Below, one piece after another: positions 51,424 to 64,000 of a stretch of DNA of 64,000 nucleotides; position 1 is the first letter of the stretch, and every line of letters starts with the position of its first letter. Position numbers and translations under genes: made by a program. The notes under the pieces were generated by a model, which was given only the letters and a program-made list of their open reading frames with translations, was not told where the DNA came from and searched no databases. The stretch spans positions 114,041 to 178,040 of the forward strand of contig JAUCBJ010008798.1 in assembly GCA_032718475.1 (NCBI GenBank), written 5' to 3'. This stretch comes from Nemertoderma westbladi. Lineage: Eukaryota > Animalia > Xenacoelomorpha.

Positions 51424-53536
51424 ACTTAATCTATTTATAGAAAAATTTAAAATGCTATAATATTAGGACTTTTTTTCAAAATAAAAAAAATTACACGGTT
51501 GTTATAGCTTCGAATGGCATTCATATTAAAAATAATAATAAAATATTATATTAAATAGATGCCAAAATGTAATTGTAGCACATGTGCTAAGACTGTATGT
51601 GAATACGATTATCAGAATCAGGTAAAATGGTAGAACTCCATCAATATTTTCTAATTTTGATTAGGGGAGAGTAAGGAGAGTTGAACCAAAATTTCCAAAA
51701 TATTGATTTATTCTGTTCCATATCGTAGCTTCAGGCTGAAATTATTGCACAAATAATTAAAACAATCTACCTATTCCGCATCTATTGGAATACATATTAA
51801 GGTGATAAAATCATGTAATATATGAGAAATAAGCCTTTTCCCGAGCCGAGTTTTCTGGTTCACGCCTCCGACCCCATATAGGATGATAACTGTAGCTATA
51901 TAGGATCAGATACGTTTTAGCTTTACACTTGCTCTGCTCTTAAAAATGGTATTGAGACATGAGTTTTGGGATTTTTACAAACCATCACCTCCACCTTGCA
52001 AAGGACTAACAGACGGAAAGCACATAATTAGTTTCGTAGGGGCTTTGACGAAATGTTGTTCAAAGTTCATAACAACAGACCTCCGTTGTCCGAGAGTTTA
52101 TATTTTGAGACGGCATCCTCATGGCCCATGTCAAGTAGGCCTACCGGTATACCAGACTTTCTGCGGTTATGATGTATTTCACATTGCAGTTAGAGGCCTA
52201 ACCCATGTGAAGTATATTCAGGTTTTCACTAATCCATGTTACAGAAGCGCTGAATATAACAAAAACAAGAAGGAATTAATATCCGTAGGCCTACAGAGGT
52301 TATACGATAAACATGAACGCATTTAAACACGAAATAAAGGATAAATTTACAACAAAAAAACACAAATTCTTCATATATAAAATGAAAGTAGTCTTTACGG
52401 AGGCGATCCTAATTTTAATGATAATTATCCGTATAATAATTTATCTCATTACCTCTAATAATATTAATTACTTTTACTTCGCGATACGGATACAATTAGA
52501 TAACAATATAAGTATTTGTTTTCTTTTTAAATTCGCCTGCTATTCCTTACAACAACGGTGTTGTTCTAAGCCTTATAATGCAATGGGTATACAGTAATTA
52601 GTTGGGGCCTGGATGCAGCCCAGCATTGACTACTGTATAACATTAACGGTCCAACATTATACAGTAGATTTCAGTGATTGGCAGAAAACAATACGTGGCC
52701 TACCTATCCATTGTTTATTTTATACCATATTTTTGTTCTAATTTTGTTTATTTAATTAGGAGGGCGGGTTTTACTACTGTAGGTTTACACCACTACTAAG
52801 AAGCGATGTAGGCCTACTACAGTAGAGTACAGTTAGGACAATTAATAATACCAGTAGGCCCAATAGTTATAACTTGCTATTATCTTAACCTGATATCATT
52901 CTTCATTATTCAGTCTATCGATGTAAAATATATAATATAACAAACAGGTTTTAATTTCTCAAATACAGTACAGTAGGTCATTATAACGATATTTTTGATT
53001 AATTGCTTTAACTTCAAACTAATTATTTTATATTTTGAATAATTTTGAATAATATAGTTCTGGGAATTTTGTTGGGGGAATTTGTGATTTACAGTACAAT
53101 ATATACAGATTTACATCACACATCAGTGTAAAATATTAATGGTTCATAAATAATTCTATATAAATGTAACCATGACCTACTAAAGATAGTATTTAAAGCT
53201 ATAGTAGATATCTTTAACTAGACCTTAGGTCATGATGTAACCAAGAAGAGATCTTAACCTACGTGTAATGATTTATCACAGAGTTATTGTGATTTTATTC
53301 AAAATAATAAATTTAAAGAAATAATTAAATACTTCCGCAAATTAATACGCGCTTATCTACCAAAGTTAAACTTAAGCAAAAAAAGTATGAGTTTATGAAT
53401 TGTATGGCCTATTAGAGTCACGTCCACCTGATCACAGCCTAGGAGAGCCAATGACGGCATAGGAGAGCCAATTATTCTAAAGGTCTATTACAATAAACTG
53501 AGATGTTACAGAGTGATACATGGGATACAGGTACCA

Positions 53537-56500
53537 GTATACCGACCTATACCAAGCTACACCGACATACACTCATACAGGCCTATACCAACTTAATAAA
53601 GATATATATACCAACCTATACCAAGCTACACCGACATACACTCATACAGGCCTATACCAACTTAATAAAGATATATATACCAACCTATACCAAGCTACAC
53701 CGACATACACTCCTACAGGCCTATACCAACTTAATAAAGATATATATACCGACCTATACCAAGCTACACCGACATACACTCATACAGGCCTATACCAACT
53801 GAATAAAGATATATATACCAACCTATACCAAGCTACACCGACATACAATCATACAGGCCTATACCAACTTAATAAAGATATATATACCGACCTATACCAA
53901 GCTACACCGACATACACTCATACAGGCCTATACCAACTTAATAAAGATATATATACCGACCTATACCAAGCTACACCGACATACACTCCTACAGGCCTAT
54001 ACCAACTTAATAAAGATATATATACCAACCTATACCAAGCTACACCGACATACACTCATACAGGCCTATACCAACTTAATAAAGATATATATACCAACCT
54101 ATACCAAGCTACACCGACATAGACTCCTACAGGCCTATACCAACTTAATAAAGATATATATACCGACCTATACCAAGCTACACCGACATACACTCCTACA
54201 GGCCTATACCAACTTAATAAAGATATATATACCGACCTATACCAAGCTACACCGACATAGACTCCTACAGGCCTATACCAACTTAATAAAGATATATATA
54301 CCAACCTATACCAAGCTACACCGACATACACTCCTACAGGCCTATACCAACTTAATAAAGATATATATACCGACCTATACCAAGCTACACCGACATACAC
54401 TCATACAGGCCTATACCAACTTAATAAAGATATATATACCAACCTATACCAAGCTACACCGACATACACTCATACAGGCCTATACCAACTTAATAAATAT
54501 ATCTATACCAACCTATACCAAGCTACACCGACATACAATCATACAGGCCTATACCAACTTAATAAAGATATATATACCAACCTATACCAAGCTACACCGA
54601 CATACAATCATACAGGCCTATACCAACTTAATAAAGATATATATACCAACCTATACCAAGCTACACCGACATACACTCATACAGGCCTATACCAACTTAA
54701 TAAAGATATATATACCAACCTGTACCAAGCTACACCAACATACACTCATACAGGCCTATACCAACTTAATAAAGATATATATACCAACCTATACCAAGCT
54801 ACACCGACATACACTCCTACAGGCCTATACCAACTTAATAAAGATATATATACCGACCTATACCAAGCTACACCGACATACACTCATACAGGCCTATACC
54901 AACTGAATAAAGATATATATACCAACCTATACCAAGCTACACCGACATACAATCATACAGGCCTATACCAACTTAATAAAGATATATATACCGACCTATA
55001 CCAAGCTACACCGACATACACTCATACAGGCCTATACCAACTTAATAAAGATATATATACCGACCTATACCAAGCTACACCGACATACACTCCTACAGGC
55101 CTATGCCAACTTAATAAAGATATATATACCAACCTATACCAAGCTACACCGACATACACTCATACAGGCCTATACCAACTTAATAAAGATATATATACCA
55201 ACCTATACCAAGCTACACCGACATAGACTCCTACAGGCCTATACCAACTTAATAAAGATATATATACCGACCTATACCAAGCTACACCGACATACACTCC
55301 TACAGGCCTATACCAACTTAATAAAGATATATATACCGACCTATACCAAGCTACACCGACATAGACTCCTACAGGCCTATACCAACTTAATAAAGATATA
55401 TATACCAACCTATACCAAGCTACACCGACATACACTCCTACAGGCCTATACCAACTTAATAAAGATATATATACCGACCTATACCAAGCTACACCGACAT
55501 ACACTCATACAGGCCTATACCAACTTAATAAAGATATATATACCAACCTATACCAAGCTACACCGACATACACTCATACAGGCCTATACCAACTTAATAA
55601 ATATATCTATACCAACCTATACCAAGCTACACCGACATACAATCATACAGGCCTATACCAACTTAATAAAGATATATATACCAACCTATACCAAGCTACA
55701 CCGACATACAATCATACAGGCCTATACCAACTTAATAAAGATATATATACCAACCTATACCAAGCTACACCGACATACACTCATACAGGCCTATACCAAC
55801 TTAATAAAGATATATATACCAACCTGTACCAAGCTACACCGACATACAATCATACAGGCCTATACCAACTTAATAAAGATATATATACCAACCTATACCA
55901 AGCTACACCGACATACAATCATACAGGCCTATACCAACTTAATAAAGATATATATACCGACCTATACCAAGCTACACTGATATACACTCATACAGGCCTA
56001 TACCAACTTAATAAAGATATATATACCAACCTATACCAAGCTACACCGATATACACTCCTACAGGCCTATACCAACTTAATAAATATATCTATACCAACC
56101 TATACCAAGCTACACCGACATACACTCATACAGGCCTATACCAACTTAATAAAGATATATATACCAACCTATACCAAGCTACACCGATATACACTCCTAC
56201 AGGCCTATACCAACTTAATAAAGATATATATACCAACCTATACCAAGCTACACCGACATACACTCCTACAGGCCTATACCAACTTAATAAATATATCTAT
56301 ACCAACCTATACCAAGCTACACCGACATACACTCCTACAGGCCTATACCAACTTAATAAATATATCTATACCAACCTATACCAAGCTACACCGACATACA
56401 CTTACACTCCTACAGGCCTATACCAACTTAATAAAGATATATATACCAACCTATACCAAGCTACACCGACATACACTCATCCAGGACTATACCAACTTAA

Positions 56501-59500
56501 TAAAGATATATATACCAACCTATACTAAGCTACACCGACATACACTCATACAGGCCTATACCAACTTAATAAAGATATATATACCGACCTATACCAAGCT
56601 ACACCGATATACACTCATACAGGCCTATACCAACTTAATAAAGATATATATACCGACCTATACCAAGCTACACCGATATACACTCATACAGGCCTATACC
56701 AACTTAATAAAGATATATATACCGACCTATACCAAGCTACACCGATATACACTCATACAGGCCTATACCAACTTAATAAAGATATATATACCAACCTTTA
56801 CCAAGCTACACCGACATACACTCATACAGGCCTATACCAACTTAATAAAGATATATATACCAACCCATACCAAGCTACACCGACATACACTCATACAGGC
56901 CTATACCAACTTAATAAAGATATATATACCAACCTATACCAAGCTACACCGATATACACTCCTACAGGCCTATACCAACTTAACAAATATATCTATAGCA
57001 ACCTATACCAAGCTACACCGACATACACTCCTACAGGCCTATACCAACTTAATAAAGATATATATACCAACCTATACCAAGCTACACCGACATACACTCC
57101 TACAGGCCTATACCAACTTAATAAATATATCTATACCAACCTATACCAAGCTACACCGATATACACTCCTACAGGCCTATACCAACTTAATAAAGATATC
57201 TATACCAACCTATACCAAGCTACACCGACATACACTCATACAGGCCTATACCAACTTAATAAAGATATATATACCAACCTATACCAAGCTACACCGACAT
57301 ACACTCATACAGGCCTATACCAACTTAATAAAGATATATATACCGACCTATACCAAGCTACACCGATATACACTCATACAGGCCTATACCAACTTAATAA
57401 AGATATATATACCAACCTATACCAAGCTACACCGACATACACTCATACAGGCCTATACCAACTTAATAAAGATATATATACCAACCTATACCAAGCTACA
57501 CCGACATAGACTCCTACAGGCCTATACCAACTTAATAAAGATATATATACCGACCTATACCAAGCTACACCGACATACACTCCTACAGGCCTATACCAAC
57601 TTAATAAAGATATATATACCGACCTATACCAAGCTACACCGACATAGACTCCTACAGGCCTATACCAACTTAATAAAGATATATATACCAACCTATACCA
57701 AGCTACACCGACATACACTCCTACAGGCCTATACCAACTTAATAAAGATATATATACCGACCTATACCAAGCTACACCGACATACACTCATACAGGCCTA
57801 TACCAACTTAATAAAGATATATATACCAACCTATACCAAGCTACACCGACATACACTCATACAGGCCTATACCAACTTAATAAATATATCTATACCAACC
57901 TATACCAAGCTACACCGACATACAATCATACAGGCCTATACCAACTTAATAAAGATATATATACCAACCTATACCAAGCTACACCGACATACAATCATAC
58001 AGGCCTATACCAACTTAATAAAGATATATATACCAACCTATACCAAGCTACACCGACATACACTCATACAGGCCTATACCAACTTAATAAAGATATATAT
58101 ACCAACCTGTACCAAGCTACACCAACATACACTCATACAGGCCTATACCAACTTAATAAAGATATATATACCAACCTATACCAAGCTACACCGACATACA
58201 CTCCTACAGGCCTATACCAACTTAATAAAGATATATATACCGACCTATACCAAGCTACACCGACATACACTCATACAGGCCTATACCAACTGAATAAAGA
58301 TATATATACCAACCTATACCAAGCTACACCGACATACAATCATACAGGCCTATACCAACTTAATAAAGATATATATACCGACCTATACCAAGCTACACCG
58401 ACATACACTCATACAGGCCTATACCAACTTAATAAAGATATATATACCGACCTATACCAAGCTACACCGACATACACTCCTACAGGCCTATGCCAACTTA
58501 ATAAAGATATATATACCAACCTATACCAAGCTACACCGACATACACTCATACAGGCCTATACCAACTTAATAAAGATATATATACCAACCTATACCAAGC
58601 TACACCGACATAGACTCCTACAGGCCTATACCAACTTAATAAAGATATATATACCGACCTATACCAAGCTACACCGACATACACTCCTACAGGCCTATAC
58701 CAACTTAATAAAGATATATATACCGACCTATACCAAGCTACACCGACATACACTCATACAGGCCTATACCAACTTAATAAAGATATATATACCGACCTAT
58801 ACCAAGCTACACCGACATACACTCATACAGGCCTATACCAACTTAATAAAGATATATATACCAACCTATACCAAGCTACACCGACATACACTCATACAGG
58901 CCTATACCAACTTAATAAATATATCTATACCAACCTATACCAAGCTACACCGACATACAATCATACAGGCCTATACCAACTTAATAAAGATATATATACC
59001 AACCTATACCAAGCTACACCGACATACAATCATACAGGCCTATACCAACTTAATAAAGATATATATACCAACCTATACCAAGCTACACCGACATACACTC
59101 ATACAGGCCTATACCAACTTAATAAAGATATATATACCAACCTGTACCAAGCTACACCGACATACAATCATACAGGCCTATACCAACTTAATAAAGATAT
59201 ATATACCAACCTATACCAAGCTACACCGACATACAATCATACAGGCCTATACCAACTTAATAAAGATATATATACCGACCTATACCAAGCTACACTGATA
59301 TACACTCATACAGGCCTATACCAACTTAATAAAGATATATATACCAACCTATACCAAGCTACACCGATATACACTCCTACAGGCCTATACCAACTTAATA
59401 AATATATCTATACCAACCTATACCAAGCTACACCGACATACACTCATACAGGCCTATACCAACTTAATAAAGATATATATACCAACCTATACCAAGCTAC

Positions 59501-62500
59501 ACCGATATACACTCCTACAGGCCTATACCAACTTAATAAAGATATATATACCAACCTATACCAAGCTACACCGACATACACTCCTACAGGCCTATACCAA
59601 CTTAATAAATATATCTATACCAACCTATACCAAGCTACACCGACATACACTCCTACAGGCCTATACCAACTTAATAAATATATCTATACCAACCTATACC
59701 AAGCTACACCGACATACACTTACACTCCTACAGGCCTATACCAACTTAATAAAGATATATATACCAACCTATACCAAGCTACACCGACATACACTCATCC
59801 AGGACTATACCAACTTAATAAAGATATATATACCAACCTATACTAAGCTACACCGACATACACTCATACAGGCCTATACCAACTTAATAAAGATATATAT
59901 ACCGACCTATACCAAGCTACACCGATATACACTCATACAGGCCTATACCAACTTAATAAAGATATATATACCGACCTATACCAAGCTACACCGATATACA
60001 CTCATACAGGCCTATACCAACTTAATAAAGATATATATACCGACCTATACCAAGCTACACCGATATACACTCATACAGGCCTATACCAACTTAATAAAGA
60101 TATATATACCAACCTTTACCAAGCTACACCGACATACACTCATACAGGCCTATACCAACTTAATAAAGATATATATACCAACCCATACCAAGCTACACCG
60201 ACATACACTCATACAGGCCTATACCAACTTAATAAAGATATATATACCAACCTATACCAAGCTACACCGATATACACTCCTACAGGCCTATACCAACTTA
60301 ACAAATATATCTATAGCAACCTATACCAAGCTACACCGACATACACTCCTACAGGCCTATACCAACTTAATAAAGATATATATACCAACCTATACCAAGC
60401 TACACCGACATACACTCCTACAGGCCTATACCAACTTAATAAATATATCTATACCAACCTATACCAAGCTACACCGATATACACTCCTACAGGCCTATAC
60501 CAACTTAATAAAGATATCTATACCAACCTATACCAAGCTACACCGACATACACTCATACAGGCCTATACCAACTTAATAAAGATATATATACCAACCTAT
60601 ACCAAGCTACACCGACATACACTCATACAGGCCTATACCAACTTAATAAAGATATATATACCGACCTATACCAAGCTACACCGATATACACTCATACAGG
60701 CCTATACCAACTTAATAAAGATATATATACCAACCTATACCAAGCTACACCGACATACACTCATACAGGCCTATACCAACTTAATAAAGATATATATACC
60801 AACCTATACCAAGCTACACCGACATAGACTCCTACAGGCCTATACCAACTTAATAAAGATATATATACCGACCTATACCAAGCTACACCGACATACACTC
60901 CTACAGGCCTATACCAACTTAATAAAGATATATATACCGACCTATACCAAGCTACACCGACATAGACTCCTACAGGCCTATACCAACTTAATAAAGATAT
61001 ATATACCAACCTATACCAAGCTACACCGACATACACTCCTACAGGCCTATACCAACTTAATAAAGATATATATACCGACCTATACCAAGCTACACCGACA
61101 TACACTCATACAGGCCTATACCAACTTAATAAAGATATATATACCAACCTATACCAAGCTACACCGACATACACTCATACAGGCCTATACCAACTTAATA
61201 AATATATCTATACCAACCTATACCAAGCTACACCGACATACAATCATACAGGCCTATACCAACTTAATAAAGATATATATACCAACCTATACCAAGCTAC
61301 ACCGACATACAATCATACAGGCCTATACCAACTTAATAAAGATATATATACCAACCTATACCAAGCTACACCGACATACACTCATACAGGCCTATACCAA
61401 CTTAATAAAGATATATATACCAACCTGTACCAAGCTACACCAACATACACTCATACAGGCCTATACCAACTTAATAAAGATATATATACCAACCTATACC
61501 AAGCTACACCGACATACACTCCTACAGGCCTATACCAACTTAATAAAGATATATATACCGACCTATACCAAGCTACACCGACATACACTCATACAGGCCT
61601 ATACCAACTGAATAAAGATATATATACCAACCTATACCAAGCTACACCGACATACAATCATACAGGCCTATACCAACTTAATAAAGATATATATACCGAC
61701 CTATACCAAGCTACACCGACATACACTCATACAGGCCTATACCAACTTAATAAAGATATATATACCGACCTATACCAAGCTACACCGACATACACTCCTA
61801 CAGGCCTATGCCAACTTAATAAAGATATATATACCAACCTATACCAAGCTACACCGACATACACTCATACAGGCCTATACCAACTTAATAAAGATATATA
61901 TACCAACCTATACCAAGCTACACCGACATAGACTCCTACAGGCCTATACCAACTTAATAAAGATATATATACCGACCTATACCAAGCTACACCGACATAC
62001 ACTCCTACAGGCCTATACCAACTTAATAAAGATATATATACCGACCTATACCAAGCTACACCGACATACACTCATACAGGCCTATACCAACTTAATAAAG
62101 ATATATATACCGACCTATACCAAGCTACACCGACATACACTCATACAGGCCTATACCAACTTAATAAAGATATATATACCAACCTATACCAAGCTACACC
62201 GACATACACTCATACAGGCCTATACCAACTTAATAAATATATCTATACCAACCTATACCAAGCTACACCGACATACAATCATACAGGCCTATACCAACTT
62301 AATAAAGATATATATACCAACCTATACCAAGCTACACCGACATACAATCATACAGGCCTATACCAACTTAATAAAGATATATATACCAACCTATACCAAG
62401 CTACACCGACATACACTCATACAGGCCTATACCAACTTAATAAAGATATATATACCAACCTGTACCAAGCTACACCGACATACAATCATACAGGCCTATA

Positions 62501-64000
62501 CCAACTTAATAAAGATATATATACCAACCTATACCAAGCTACACCGACATACAATCATACAGGCCTATACCAACTTAATAAAGATATATATACCGACCTA
62601 TACCAAGCTACACTGATATACACTCATACAGGCCTATACCAACTTAATAAAGATATATATACCAACCTATACCAAGCTACACCGATATACACTCCTACAG
62701 GCCTATACCAACTTAATAAATATATCTATACCAACCTATACCAAGCTACACCGACATACACTCATACAGGCCTATACCAACTTAATAAAGATATATATAC
62801 CAACCTATACCAAGCTACACCGATATACACTCCTACAGGCCTATACCAACTTAATAAAGATATATATACCAACCTATACCAAGCTACACCGACATACACT
62901 CCTACAGGCCTATACCAACTTAATAAATATATCTATACCAACCTATACCAAGCTACACCGACATACACTCCTACAGGCCTATACCAACTTAATAAATATA
63001 TCTATACCAACCTATACCAAGCTACACCGACATACACTTACACTCCTACAGGCCTATACCAACTTAATAAAGATATATATACCAACCTATACCAAGCTAC
63101 ACCGACATACACTCATCCAGGACTATACCAACTTAATAAAGATATATATACCAACCTATACTAAGCTACACCGACATACACTCATACAGGCCTATACCAA
63201 CTTAATAAAGATATATATACCGACCTATACCAAGCTACACCGATATACACTCATACAGGCCTATACCAACTTAATAAAGATATATATACCGACCTATACC
63301 AAGCTACACCGATATACACTCATACAGGCCTATACCAACTTAATAAAGATATATATACCGACCTATACCAAGCTACACCGATATACACTCATACAGGCCT
63401 ATACCAACTTAATAAAGATATATATACCAACCTTTACCAAGCTACACCGACATACACTCATACAGGCCTATACCAACTTAATAAAGATATATATACCAAC
63501 CCATACCAAGCTACACCGACATACACTCATACAGGCCTATACCAACTTAATAAAGATATATATACCAACCTATACCAAGCTACACCGATATACACTCCTA
63601 CAGGCCTATACCAACTTAACAAATATATCTATAGCAACCTATACCAAGCTACACCGACATACACTCCTACAGGCCTATACCAACTTAATAAAGATATATA
63701 TACCAACCTATACCAAGCTACACCGACATACACTCCTACAGGCCTATACCAACTTAATAAATATATCTATACCAACCTATACCAAGCTACACCGATATAC
63801 ACTCCTACAGGCCTATACCAACTTAATAAAGATATCTATACCAACCTATACCAAGCTACACCGACATACACTCATACAGGCCTATACCAACTTAATAAAG
63901 ATATATATACCAACCTATACCAAGCTACACCGACATACACTCATACAGGCCTATACCAACTTAATAAAGATATATATACCGACCTATACCAAGCTACATC
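53537..64000. repeat. 69-bp satellite array (~150 copies, runs off the window) with a 3318-bp higher-order repeat
   Basis: Unit ATACCAACCTATACCAAGCTACACCGACATACACTCATACAGGCCTATACCAACTTAATAAAGATATAT. A diagnostic 6-bp insertion recurs at 56401, 59719 and 63037. Confidence 0.98.

Noticed and set aside
53503-62071. Tyr/Thr-rich repeat ORFs in the 69-bp satellite
   Set aside because: Interrupted by recurrent stop variants (TAG, TAA, TGA); explained by a unit length divisible by 3.

Overview
AT-rich animal (probably invertebrate) genomic DNA with five intron-poor host genes: GLO1 (2 exons), NTPCR, PERK/EIF2AK3 (2 exons), calcyphosin-like and a PGC-1-family RRM gene with a long repetitive C-terminal extension. 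The genes sit among many non-autonomous DNA transposons (MITEs, foldback elements), RTE-like and CR1-group LINE remnants, a Penelope-like element with a candidate hammerhead ribozyme, a 66-bp minisatellite and a >10-kb 69-bp satellite with a 3318-bp higher-order repeat. The most unusual signal is a fixed-spacing motif, TTTATTGTTTTGGTT-N14-CTGTAACCTG(CTCCTTT). It occurs about nine times, mostly inside small elements whose termini are unrelated. A second candidate is an alternative acceptor in the PERK intron that would give a membrane-anchored, kinase-less isoform. Everything was read by eye; no searches or alignments were run.
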